A stretch of DNA of 61,939 nt, filler included, from Fonticula-like sp. SCN 57-25 (Eukaryota), in the NCBI GenBank assembly GCA_001724245.1. It is 7 parts of 7 records of this genome, joined end to end, with 100 filler letters (N's around TTAATTAATTAA, not from the genome) between each part and the next. Parts side by side here need not be neighbours in the genome. Positions count along the whole stretch, not along the records: positions 44,387 to 53,123 come from MEDX01000291.1; positions 53,224 to 61,939 come from MEDX01000292.1; 5 more parts are not named here. One strand, 5' to 3'. The notes beneath the pieces were generated by a model. The model ran no database searches. It was given only the letters and a program-made list of their open reading frames with translations, and was not told the DNA's origin. Of this stretch, positions 45,646-58,205 are shown one piece after another; positions within the stretch are counted from its first letter, which is position 1; each line of letters begins with the position of its first letter. Both the position numbers and the translations under genes were made by a program.

Positions 45646-46753
45646 GACGTCAGCAGAACACGCGGGAATGAAGCGACCACGCGAGGAGAGCGACGATGAC
45701 GACCACGACGGCGGCGAGGCGGGCGGCGAGCAGCGCCCGGCGTCGGGCGAGGCGCAGCAGCAGCGCAAGGGGCAGGGGAATAAAGAGTTTGCGTTTACCT
45801 TTGGCAACTACGATCGGTACTATGGGTACCGCAATGGCGCGGCGCGCGGCGACGAGCGGATGGGCATGATGAAGCGCGAGTGGTTCGAGGGAAAGAAAGT
45901 GCTCGACATTGGCTGCAATTCCGGCCAAGTCACTATTGCCATTGGTACGGCCGCGCTCTCTGTTGCCGCTGCGTCCCTGACGGTGTTGTCTAGCGCGCGA
46001 TTTCGCCCCGGCTAGCATTGTCGGGATCGACATTGACGCCAAGCTGGTCAAGCAGGCCTTCCGGCATCTGCGACTGCAATTCTCGCTCATGCGGCCCGGC
46101 GGCGGCGACAGGACGCCAGAGGACTATGCATACTTTCCCATCTCGCTGCCGCTCACCGTCGGCTTCCTTCCCTTCATGAGCAGCCCCGGGCCAAACTTTC
46201 CCGACAACGTCCGCTTCTTGGAAGGTGACTTTGTGCACCCGAAAAGCGACGAGGAGCCCCTGGGGACATTTGACGCAATTGTGTGGTACGCATGCAGCTC
46301 GGGCCTTGTTTGCTGCTCACACACTCGGTGGCCGCAGCTTTAGCGTCACCAAGTGGGTACATTTGAACTTTGGGGACGACGGCATTCGCGCCCTTTTCAA
46401 GCGCGTGTTTGAACTTCTTTCGCCCGGCGGCGTTTTTCTCCTTGAGCCGCAGCTTTACCAGTCGTACGGGAGCAAGAGTCGGCGGGACGAGGTACGCACT
46501 CTTCTTGACCTGCGCTCGCCACTAAACGCGAATCGTGTCGATTCCCAGCGCCTCAAGGCCAACCACGCAGCGATCAAGCTCAAACCAGACGACTTTCCCG
46601 AGTATCTAAAGACAACGGTGGGCTTTTCAACGGTAGAGCTGCTCCCATACACGTCCACTTCGACGAATGGTACGGCATTTAGTCGCGCATCGATGCATTT
46701 TGGCTCACGGTCGCGCAGCATTCCGGCGCCCCATTTACTTTTGCCGCAAGTAG
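45644..46753 (+). CDS. MEPCE: Methylphosphate capping enzyme (MePCE/Bin3/Bmc1)
   Basis: FGNYDRYYGYR, VLDIGCNSG, IVGIDID, SVTKWVHLNFGDDG, LLEPQ and FRRPIY. Start is at 45644 or the in-frame ATG at 45668. Confidence 0.92.
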
Positions 46754-47233
46754 CATTCATGTACCATATTGTAGACTATGCTGTCAATATACACAACAAT
46801 TTGCATGCAATTCATAGCTGCAGTCTTGTTGTTGCACTTTACAAGGGATTTTCCCTCTGTCTGCCTGAAACCTAAACCGATCCGGATTCAGCTACCCAGG
46901 GGCAGAGTCAGGGCCAAATCGCGATCAAAACTTGTTTTTTCCAAAAAGAACGTGGTGTCATCCTTCTTGCGACAGGGGGTGCACATCCAATCCCCCCATT
47001 TCCAATCAAACAGAAAGGGGGATACCTATCCGTCTACCTGACCAAAGTGGGGTGATGGTTCTGGTCCACCAGCTCCTGGGACTTTTCCTCTTGCCGAGTC
47101 CGATTATTGTTCGTTTGTTGAGCCCTTCCCTTTCTGCTGCCCAAGGCCTCGGTTAGCGAGCCAGGAGAGGTGCGTTTTTTTTGGGCGCGTGTTTTTTTGT
47201 CGGCTCACCGACTGGCGCTTGGCAGTATTAAGA

Positions 47234-50200
47234 ATGGCGCAGAAGCTTCCCATCAAGCTGCAGGACCACCTGCAGCTTACGAACGTGGGAATCAATGCGG
47301 CCAACATTGGTTTCAACACGCTCACCATGGAGTCTGACCGCTTCATCTGCGTTCGCGAAAAGGTCGGCGAGGAGAACCAGGTCGTCATTATCGACATGGC
47401 CGACCCCACGCACCCGCAGCGCCGCCCCATCAAGGCCGACTCGGCTATGATGAACCCCGTCTCAAAGATCATTGCGCTCCGCGGTGCGTCTTTTTGTTTT
47501 TTTGCCCCCTTGTCGGCCCGAGTCTTACCTCGGTCCCCGTTTCTCTAGCCGAGGGTCGCCAGCTCCAAATTTTCAACCTCGAGCTCAAGAGCAAGATGAA
47601 GGCGTTTACCATGCCCGAGGAGGTTGTGTTCTGGCGCTGGATTAGCCTCAACACCATCGGTCTCGTCACTGAGACTGCCGTCTACCACTGGAAGATGGAG
47701 GGTGACTCGCAGCCGACCAAGGTCTTTGACCGCCTCCCCAACCTCGCTGGCTGCCAGATCATCAACTACCGTGTCAGCAGCGACGAGAAGTGGCTTCTCC
47801 TTACCGGCATCTCGATGCAGAATGCCCGCGTTGTCGGCGCCATGCAGCTGTACTCGATCGAGCGCGGCGTCAGCCAGCCCATCGAGGGTCACGCCGGTGC
47901 CTTCACCGAGCTCACCGTTGAGGGCAGCTCGACGCCCGTCAAGCTCTTCTGCTTTGCCGTCCGCCCCGCCAGCGGCGCCGCGCCCAAGCTCCACGTTATC
48001 GAGATCGGCACCCAGGCCCCGACCTTTGCCAAGAAGGCCGTCGACGTGCCGTTCCCGGCCGAGGCCGCCGCCGACTTCCCGATCTCCATGCAGATCTCGA
48101 AGAAGTACAACATTGCGTACATTGTCACCAAGTACGGCTACGTGTACCTGTACGACGTCGAGACCGCCGAGCTCCTCTATGTGAACCGCATCTCGGCCGA
48201 CACCATCTTCATCACGACCGACTACGAGCCGACCTCGGGCCTCATCGGTATTACCCGCAAGGGCCAGGTCCTCTCGGTCAGCATCGACGAGGCCAACTTT
48301 GTGCCGTACATTATCCAGACGATGCAGAAGCCCGACCTCGGCATTCGCCTCGCCATCCGCTGCGGCCTCTCGGGCGCCGACGACTTTTTCCTCCAAAAGT
48401 TCCAGCAGTTCTTCCAGGCCGGCAACTTTGCCGATGCCGCCAAGATTGCGGCCAGCTCGCCCAAGGGCATCCTGCGTACCCCGCAGACCGTCGAGCGCTT
48501 CAAGCAGGCCCAGCTCCCGGCCGGCACCCCGTCGCCGCTCCTCCAGTACTTTGGCATCCTCCTCGAGAAGGGCCAGCTGAACAAGTACGAGTCGCTCGAG
48601 CTCGCTCGCCCCGTCCTCCAGCAGGGCAAGAAGCAGCTGCTCGAAAAGTGGCTCAAGGAGGAGAAGCTCGAGTGCAGCGAGGAGCTCGGTGACATTGTCC
48701 GCCAGCAGGACCTCCCGCTCGCCCTCTCGGTGTACCTCCGCGCCAACGTCCCGAACAAGGTCATTGCCTGCTTCGCGGACCTCGGCCAGTTCCCCAAGAT
48801 CATCCTCTACGCCAAGAAGGTCAACTTCCAGCCCGACTACCAGTTCCTTCTCTCGACCATCATGCGCATGAACGCCGAGAAGGGTGTCGAGTTTGCCAAC
48901 CTGCTCGTCCAGGACGAGTCCGGCCCGCTGCTCGACCTCGAGGCCATCGTCGACGTCTTTGTGTCGCTCAACCTCATCCAGCAGGCGACCGCTTTCCTCC
49001 TCGACGCGCTCAAGGGCAACCTCGAGTCCCAGGGCCACCTCCAGACCCGCCTCCTCGAGATGAACCTGATGCACTTCCCGCAGGTCGCTGATGCCATCCT
49101 CGGCAACGAGATGTTCACCTACTATGACCGCCCCCATATTGCGCAGCTCTGCGAGAAGGCTGGTCTCTTCCAGCGCGCGCTCGAGCACTACACCGACGTG
49201 TACGACATCAAGCGCACCATCGTGCACACCCACCTCCTCAACCCCGAGTGGATCGTCGGCTACTTTGGCCGCCTCTCGGTCGAGAACGGCATTGAGTGCC
49301 TCCGCGAGATGCTCAAGGTGAACATCCGCCAGAACCTCCAGATTGTCGTCCAGGTCGCGATCAAGTACGCCGAGCAGATGACGCCGGCCGCCCTGATCGA
49401 GCTCTTTGAGTCGGTCAAGAGCTACGAGGGTCTCTACTACTTCCTCGGCGCCATCGTCAACTTTTCGCAGGAGCCCGAGGTGCACTTCAAGTACATCCAG
49501 GCCGCCACCCGCACCGGCCAGCTCAAGGAGGTCGAGCGCATTGTGCGCGAGTCCAACTGCTACGACCCCGAGGCCGTCAAGAACTTCCTCAAGGAGTCCA
49601 AGCTCACTGACCAGCTCCCGCTCATCATCGTCTGCGACCGCTTTGACTTTGTGCACGAGCTCGTCCTCTACCTGTACCGCAACCAGCTGATGAAGTACAT
49701 TGAGATCTACGTCCAGAAGGTCAACCCGAGCCGCACCCCGGTCGTCCTCGGCGCCCTCCTCGACGTTGACTGCGAGGAGTCGGTGGTCAAGAACCTCCTC
49801 CTCTCGGTCAAGGCCAACATCCCCGTCGAGGCCCTCGTCGCCGAGATTGAGAAGCGCAACCGCCTCAAGCTCCTCGCCCCGTGGCTCGAGGCCCGCGCCC
49901 AGGAGGGTTCGCAGGACCCCGCCGTGCACAACGCCCTCGCCAAGGTGTACATTGACTCCAACACCAACCCCGAGGCGTTCCTCCGCGAGAACCCCTACTA
50001 CGACAGCCTCGTGGTCGGCAAGTACTGCGAGAAGCGCGACCCCTACATGGCCGTCATCGCCTACGAGCGCGGCCGCTGCGACTATGAGCTTATTGACGTC
50101 ACCAACGAGAACTCGCTCTTCAAGCAGCAGGCTCGCTACCTCGTCAAGCGTCGCGACCACGACCTCTGGATGCACGTCCTCGACCCCGAGAACAAGTTCC

Positions 50201-52311
50201 GCCGCCAGCTGGTCGACCAGGTGGTGCAGACTGCCCTCCCCGAGACGAACGACCCCGAGGATGTCTCGCTCGCCGTCAAGGCCTTCATCGCCGCCGAGCT
50301 CCCCAACGAGCTCATTGAGCTGCTCGAGAAGCTCGTGCTCGAGAACTCGTCGTTCTCGGACAACCGCAACCTCCAGAACCTGCTCATCCTCACCGCCATC
50401 AAGGCCGACAAGACGCGCGTCATGGACTATGTCACGCGCCTCAACAGCTACGATGCGCCCGACATTGCCAACATTGCCATTGGCGCCGAGCTCTACGAGG
50501 AGGCCTTTGCCATCTTCAAGAAGTACGACGTCAACGTCAAGGCCATCGAGGTGCTCGTCGACTACATCAAGTCGATCGACCGCGCCTACGAGTTTGCCGA
50601 GCGCTGCAACGAGCCCGAGGTGTGGTCCAAGCTCGGCCGCGCCCAGCTCGCCGCCGACCTCATCAAGGAGGCCGTCGACTCGTACATCAAGGCCAACGAC
50701 CCGAACAACTACGTCGAGGTCATTGCCGCCGCCGAGCGCAACGACCGCTACGACGAGATGACCCGCTTCCTCGTCATGGCCCGCCAGACCCTGCGCGAGC
50801 CCTACATCGAGTCGGAGCTCATCTTTGCCTACGCCAAGACGGACCGCCTTGCGGACCTCGAGGAGTTCATCAACACGCCCAACATTGCCCAGATCCAGAA
50901 CGTTGCCGACCGCTGCTTCGACGAGGCTCTGTACGAGGCCGCCAAGATCCTCTTCAACAACATCTCGAACTATGCGCGCCTCGCCCAGACGCTCGTGCGC
51001 TTGAACGAGTTCCAGGCCGCCGTCGATGCCGCGCGCAAGGCCAACGCCACCAAGGTGTGGAAGGAGGTCAACTCTGCCTGCGTCGAGGCCCGCGAGTTCC
51101 GCCTCGCCCAGATTTGCGGTCTGCACATCATCATCCACGCCGATGAGCTCGACGCCATCCTCCGCCTGTACGAGAACAGGGGCCACTTTGAGGAGCTCAT
51201 GCAGCTCCTCGAGGCCGGCCTCGGCCTTGAGCGCGCCCACATGGGCATGTTCACCGAGCTCGCCATCCTCTACTCCAAGTACAAGCCGGAGAAGATGATG
51301 GAGCACCTCAAGCTCTTCTGGTCGCGCGTCAACATCCCCAAGGTCATCCGCGCCTGCGAGACGGCCCACCTGTGGCCCGAGCTTGTGTTCCTGTATGTGC
51401 ACTATGACGAGTTTGACAATGCCGCGCAGACGGTCATCCAGCACCACGCCGATGCCTGGGAGCACGCCCAGTTCAAGGACATCCTCAACAAGGTTGCCAA
51501 CAGCGAATACTACTACAAGGGCATCCAGTTCTACCTCGACTACCACCCGATGCTCCTCGGCGAGCTCCTCGCCAGCATCGCGTCGCGCCTGGACCACCCG
51601 CGCGTCATTGGCATGTTCAAGAAGAACGGCCACCTTGCGCTCATCAAGCCGTACATCCAGTCGGTGCAGCCCCTCAATATCCGCGCCGTCAACGAGGCCC
51701 TCAACCAGCTCCTCATCGACGAGGAGGACCACGTTGCCCTCCGCACGTCCGTCGACACGTACAGCGAGTTTGACAATATCGTGCTCGCCCAGCAGCTCGA
51801 GAAGCACAAGGTGATGGAGATGCGCCGCATCGCCGCGCACCTGTACAAGCGCAACAAGCGCTGGCAGCAGTCGGTCGAGCTCTCCAAGCTCGACAAGCTT
51901 TACAAGGACGCCATCTCGACGGCCGCCGAGTCGCGCGAGAACGCCGTCGCCGAGTCGCTCCTCGACTTTTTCGTCGCCGGCAAGAACAAGGAGTGCTTCG
52001 CGGCCGTGCTCTTCACGTGCTACGACCTCCTCCGGCCCGACGTTGTCCTCGAGCTCGCCTGGAGGAACGGCTACACCGACATGGCCATGCCCTACCTCGT
52101 CCAGGTCATGCGCGAGTACACGAGCAAGGTCGACGCCCTCGACGAGTCGGAGCGCGCCCGCGCCAGCAAGGACGCCGAGGCCGAGGCCGCCGTCAACTCG
52201 ATGCCCATGATGCCCACCGGCCCGCTCATGATCCAGGCCGCGCCCGGCATGGTCGGCGGCATCCCGTACGGCGCCAACCCGGCCTACGGAGGTGGCTATG
52301 GCGGCTATTAA
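47234..52311 (+). CDS. CLTC: Clathrin heavy chain
   Basis: Exons 47234-47483 and 47549-52311. [47 protein letters not shown]. Probable 5'UTR intron at about 47170-47225. Confidence 0.99.
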
Positions 52312-52811
52312 AGGCGCGAGGACACTTAGACAAGTGAGGGGGGGAAGCTGATTGGCGGGCGGCGCGGTTGCGTTGTCGGTCTTTTGGCGTCTTTTCTCTT
52401 TCGGTGTTTTTTACGCTTTTATTCAAAATTACTGTGCCTGCTGTCTGCTCTTTTTTATTTTCATCTATGGGTGCCGCTCTTGGCGGTGTTCCTCTTCTTT
52501 CCCCTTTTCCTTGCTTTCCTTATCTCGACACCGCGTTTGTTGTAGCTGGCGAAAGAGGCCGTGATGGGGGGTGACCCTTTGTTGCAGTGCTTTTGTCATA
52601 CGAAATACAGCGTCGTAAGCAATTCCCATATTTGTCACACTGTATTACAATGACATGTCTTTGCAAAGTACAAGTACAGCTTCGTTATGATCAATTGTCC
52701 AGTTTTCACAGTTCACACAGTTCAAACAATAAAATGGGAGCGCATCATTGTCCAATATTCAGTTATTTATTATCACAGCTCACATATTTGCCTCACGGTC
52801 CTCTGTTACTC

Positions 52812-53123
52812 CTAGTCGTAGTAGTCGCAGTGGGCGCCCGACTCGAACTTGTTGTCTGCGATGAGGGCGATGAGCTTCTCGGCCGACTTTTCCATAGGAA
52901 CGAGCTGCCCCTGTTCGTGGAGCGACGTGTAAATCTCGCGCTGCTTTCCGTCCCCGATGGCGCCTCTGATGTACTGCTGCATGTCGCCCACGAGCGGCCC
53001 CGGCGCGTAGTTGACCGTGCGGATGCCCTTGTCCTTGCCCTCGACGGCGACGGCGGCATGCAGCATGTCGCGCGCGGCCTTGCCAACGGCGTACATGCCC
53101 CAGTGCGAGTGCGCCTGCACGGC
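52812..53123 (-). CDS. SPR: Sepiapterin reductase-like SDR, 3' end
   Basis: WGMYAVGKAARDM (YxxxK), NYAPGPL and FESGAHCDYYD*. Confidence 0.85.
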   Translation of the reverse strand, partial: AVQAHSHWGMYAVGKAARDMLHAAVAVEGKDKGIRTVNYAPGPLVGDMQQYIRGAIGDGKQREIYTSLHEQGQLVPMEKSAEKLIALIADNKFESGAHCDYYD

Positions 53124-53223
53124 NNNNNNNNNNNNNNNNNNNNNNNNNNNNNNNNNNNNNNNNNNNNTTAATTAATTAANNNNNNNNNNNNNNNNNNNNN
53201 NNNNNNNNNNNNNNNNNNNNNNN
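53124..53223. other. Artificial contig linker
   Basis: N44-TTAATTAATTAA-N44. Confidence 0.98.
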
Positions 53224-53788
53224 TCTAGAGTGGTGCGATAGGATGACTGTATAGTGCTGCGGGTTTGGTCACGTGGTGCGCTTATTTGTTTGCATTGGAC
53301 GATCGTCGTCCGCATATCATGTAAAGAGAAAGAGAAATATAGACACTTTTGACAATGGTGTGGCGGGCTTGTGGGTGGACATTGCTGTGGCATGGCTGTA
53401 GTAATGTGGTGGGAAGGGAAAGTGGCGCAGTGATGTGAGGTTGCTTTGATGATGCCGTCGGATCTGAATCGGATGCAGAATCATCTCAGTGCCATCACAC
53501 GATGCGGGAAGGGGCATCGTCGATCAACAAAGAAAAAAAGCAAAAATAGAGAATGGGTACATGGCGTAGGCTGACGCGCAGGTAGACCTGAATACAAACC
53601 GCAAGCGGATGCCATCGCGACCAAATTATGGGAATGTTACATGCCTGCTAATCATCGTCCATTGGCGGATTTCCATAGTCCAGTCACGTGATCACGTCAA
53701 AAAGTCAAAAAGTTGCCAACAACATGCGTACGGCTGGCACTTGAAAAGTGGCTTTGCAGACCCAGTGGTCGTGTCGCGGGTGCTCGCA

Positions 53789-55873
53789 ATGACGCTGGAA
53801 CTTAAGAAGGCGACTATTAAAGTGCACGCGGCGGCGGTACGTCGACGCTCTGTGATGCACTGCTGATCCGATTCTGATTGTGTTTGCAGGTGTTTGGTTG
53901 TGCGATTTCCCCCGACGGCAAATTGGTGGCAACTGGCAGTCATGACAGGTTGCTCTGCATCACCGATAATGTCACGCGGGCAAAGGTGTACTCTGTGCAG
54001 TGTGATGGTGAAGTACGTGCCTGTTGTCCTCTTTAGTTCTGACCTTCATCGTAAGGTGTATGGTGTCGCGTGGTCGCCCGACGCGATGCGTCTTGTCGCC
54101 GTGACTCGGGCTGGCAGTGTCATCCAATTTACAAAGAAAAATGGGCACCTGACTGTGTACAAAAAGAGCACGTTTGTACGCATCTGTGTGCTCCTTTTTT
54201 TTGCTCATTCCTTTATTACAAATAGTTGATGGGTTGCGCGTTCAGCTCTCGCGGGATCGTTGCCGTCGGTGGGCACGACCAAGCAGTGACACTCTTGGAC
54301 CCATCCAACGACTATTCAGTTATTGAAACATTTTCTGGATTGGCTCATTACGTGCGTTTGTGAATGAATAATATTCTATTGTTCACACTGGAATGTTTAG
54401 GTTATTCGTCTCGCCTTTTCCCCCGACGGGAATCTGCTGGCCGCGGGATGTGGTGATGGCCACATGTACATTTATGGACTGAACAATGGCAAATGGGCGC
54501 AAGTATGTTATAACAAGTATCATTCTGATCATGTACGATACTTGCATTCATGATTTTTTTTTCTCTGATGTCAGTTTCTAGATTCGTTCACTCTGCTTCA
54601 GTCCGTCTGGCCGCATGCTATTGGTCACAAGTGCAGGCACTCCTGCTTCCATCTGGAATGTTCCATATGAAACCACATGGCAACCCACTCCTCACGTGAC
54701 ACTTGAGGGGCACACACAACATGTCAATGGCGGCGCCTTTCTCTGCGATGAATCTCACGTGATCACTGGGTCAAATGATGCCACCCTTCGCATTTGGCGC
54801 ACATCGGATGGAATGCAACCTGCAAAATACAAATGTGGATATGTGCGTCACTCATTTATCTATTAATATTATGATTATTATTACTCATCCTTGCTGTGTA
54901 GGTGTGCTCGTTGTCCTATGATGCTGCGTCCGGCAACATTGCACTTGGTCTTCTTGATGGCCACGTTGAATTTATAAAAATGGTCGCATATGATCCATGT
55001 GCTGTTTCTACCCCGCTTCCATTGCACGCACGCATCCGAACTAGATTGGCAATTGCTCAGATGCAAGCAAGTGCAGCCGAGGCAAAGCTCCTCTCGGCAA
55101 ATGATGGATTACGTCAGCGGATATCACGTGAGCAGGAACTGAAGCGCTCCATTGCCGACCTCGAGGCCAAATGTGCGTACATATCTAACATGTAGCTATA
55201 GTATATTAACATGCGTCTAGTGGCGAGCGAGAAGAAAGAACTTGAGGAACTGCAAAATGTTGAATTACGCGAGCATAGTCAGCTGAAGGAGCGCCACAAT
55301 GCCTTGCTTGGCATTATTCACAGCTGCGATCAGACACTTGACAGCTTGACAGACTGCCTAAAGACTTCCGGATTGGAGGACCTTCGTGGGGACGTCTTCC
55401 GTGAGTGGCTGTACGACATTGGCATGGGCAAACTGCAAACCACTCTAAAGGACACCGATGGGCGCACGTTGGCAATGCTCAGTGTGAGTGACGTCATGGA
55501 GAATGGTGTGTCATTCAATGATGCCGCCAACCTTCAGCTGCGCGGCTACATTGCGCAAAACAAGCTGAGTGATGACAGCGCATTTGCCCCGCCAAGTGAC
55601 AGTGTATTGTCGTGGACAGTCGAGCAAACTGCAAACTGGATCAAGTCTCTTGGTGCTTCATATTCTTCTCTTGCTTCTGCTGGCTGGCACGGTGCAGCTT
55701 TATGTTCACTTTCGCCACCACGTGTCATTGAAGCAAGCAAGGGCGCGCTCAAGGCAACCGACGCAGTAAAGTTCATTGGAATAGTTCGGCAAATGCGAAC
55801 CGAAATAGACGGCGAAAAGGACGCGTGGGTGTCAAAGTGGAGTGGAACAATTCCCATTGAGAATCAAGCTTAG
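53789..55873 (+). CDS. WD40 (7 blades)-coiled coil-tandem SAM-like protein, paralog 1
   Basis: Exons 53789-53836, 53890-54012, 54056-54175, 54226-54351, 54401-54532, 54582-54842, 54902-55172 and 55221-55873, all GT-AG and in frame. WD repeats (AISPDGKLVATGSHD, etc.); SAM-like REWLYDIGMGKL...DGRTLAMLS and SWTVEQTANWIKSL...HGAALCSL. Confidence 0.85.
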
Positions 55874-56057
55874 AATCTCTTTTGTTATTTGTCTTTTTTT
55901 GTACCAGGTAGATCTTTTTGTTTCAATTGATGATCATCACCCAGCCGTCACCAATCTTGAAAGTCGTGTGTCACGTGATCAAAATCCAGCGCGCCAAAAA
56001 CGGCGGGCATTCAAACCGTAAACAAGATCCAGTGCAGGTAAAAGATCGAGTGCCGCA

Positions 56058-58101
56058 ATGACGCAGGAACTAGTCAAAAAGGCAAGCTTTAAAGTGCACA
56101 CCTTGGCGGTACGTCGCCGCTCTGTGATGTACTGGTCTGATGCTTTTTGGAAGGTGCAAGCGTGTGCGATTTCCCCCGACAACACATTGCTGGCATCTGG
56201 CAGTACTGACAAGACACTCTGCATCACCAATATTGAAACAAAGGCAACGGTGTACACTGTAAAGTGTGATAGTCTTGTACGCGCATGTTTCTCCTGTTTG
56301 TTCTCACATTATAATTATTCTAGGTTTACAATGTCGCGTGGTCGCCCGACGGGAAGCGTCTTGTCGCCGTGACAGCCGGTGGCGATGTCATCCAAGTAAC
56401 AAACAATAATGCACACGCTACTATGTACAAGGCCAACAAGGGTGTATGCCTTATTCTTGCTGCTCTTTCTTTGCTCATCCCTTGTCTAGTTGTGTGGATG
56501 CGCGTTTCATGTTCACGGCCTTCTTGCCATCGGTGGAGAAGACAACGCTGTGACAATCTTGGACCCATATAGCAACTATGCGGTAATCCAAACGTTATCT
56601 AATTTGGCTCGTATTGTGCGTTTATGGATGCTTCTTTGCTGTTGTTCACACTGAAATGATCAGGTGTATCGCCTTGCCTTTTCCCCCGACGGGAATTTTC
56701 TTGCCGTTGGATGTGGTGGTGGTCACATGTATATATATGGCCGATTCCGTGGCGAGTGGTCACAAGTATTAGCTGTGAAGCATCATTCTGATTGGGTATG
56801 GTATTCTCCTTGGTATTCCATTGCCTAACTCGTTGAAGATAATGTCGCTTTGCTTTAGTAGCTCTGGCGGCATGCTATTGGCGACAAGCAAAGACAGCAC
56901 TGCCTCCATTTGGAAGGTTTCATCTTTTACCGCTCCTCACGTGACACTTACGTGGCATACTCATTCAATCACAAACGAAGCTTTTTTCTTTAACGAGTCG
57001 CACGTCATCACTGCGTCATTTTTTGATTCCACCATCCGCATTTGGCGCACCTCTGATGGAGTGCAAACTGCAAACTACGAATGTGGAAAGGTGCGCAACT
57101 CAATTATCTATTCTTATTACTCACTCTTGTTGTGTAGGTGACGTCATTGTCGTATCATGCTGTGTCTGGCAATATTGCACTTGGTCACAAGACTGGTCAA
57201 GTTGAATTGTGGCAAATTATTACTCAAGCTGCCCCTCAAGTATATCTGGCGCATGCGTGCGTCCGCGAGCGACTGGCGCAAGCGCAGGCGAAAATCAAGA
57301 ATATTGAAGCATCACTTGAAAAGGCAAACAATGGATTACGTCAGCAGGTATCACGTGAGCAGGAACTGAAGCGCTCAATCGCCGACCTCGAAGCCAAATG
57401 TACGAACATTGTATCACTTGCTAATAATGCTTATCATGTGTTTAGTGGCGAGCGAGAAGAAGGAACTTGAGGAACTGCAAACTGACGAGTTTCGTGAGTA
57501 TATTAAGCTGAAGGAGCGTCACAATGCCTTGCTTGGCATTATTCATGTCTGCACGCAGACACTTGACAGCTTGACAGACTGCCTTGCAGTTTCTGGATTG
57601 GAGGACCTTCGTGGCGAGGCCTTCAAGGAATGGCTCTGTGACATTGGCATGAGCAAACTGCAAACTGCATTAAAGGACGTTGATGGCAACACGCTGAGGA
57701 TGCTCACTGTGAGTGACGTCATGGAGTATAATATGCCATTTTCTTATGCCGCCGCCCTTCAACTGCGCGGCTATATGGCTCATTTCAAGCTGGGTGATGA
57801 CAGCGCATTTGCCCCGCCGACTGACAGTGTATTGTCATGGAGAGTCGAGCAAACTGCAAACTGGATCAAGTCACTTGGTGCTACTTTCACTTCTCTTGCT
57901 GAAGCTGGCTGGCACGGTGCAGCTCTGTGTTCTGTATCGCCACCACGTGTCATTGAAGCAAGCAAGGGCGCGCTCAAGGCAAACGACGCAGTAAAGTTCA
58001 TTGGATTGGTGCGTCAAATGCGAAATGAAAAGGACGGAGACAAGGCCACGTGGGTGTCAAAGTGGAGCGGGGCAAACGTCCTTGAGACTCAGGCCCCCTG
58101 A
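56058..58101 (+). CDS. WD40 (7 blades)-coiled coil-tandem SAM-like protein, paralog 2
   Basis: Exons 56058-56108, 56154-56276, 56324-56443, 56490-56615, 56664-56795, 56839-57090, 57138-57399 and 57446-58101; same intron positions as paralog 1. Confidence 0.85.
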
Positions 58102-58205
58102 TTGTGTATTTTCTCATTATATTGTAGACAGACGACATTCGTCGATGTACTTTAGCGGCAGTTTTATGTCCTTTTATTAGTACCGCCAAATATAAAAAAA
58201 CAAAA

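Noticed and set aside
47545-51840. 1431-aa antisense ORF opposite clathrin
   Set aside because: Shadow of strong GC3 codon bias (few TTA/CTA/TCA codons on the sense strand); no recognisable domain.
8797-53223. Six N-flanked TTAATTAATTAA elements, and any gene neighbourhood across them
   Set aside because: Identical 100-nt synthetic linkers joining length-sorted contigs; adjacency across them has no biological meaning.
53224-53600. Short minus-strand ORFs at the start of contig 7
   Set aside because: No recognisable motif or consistent exon structure.
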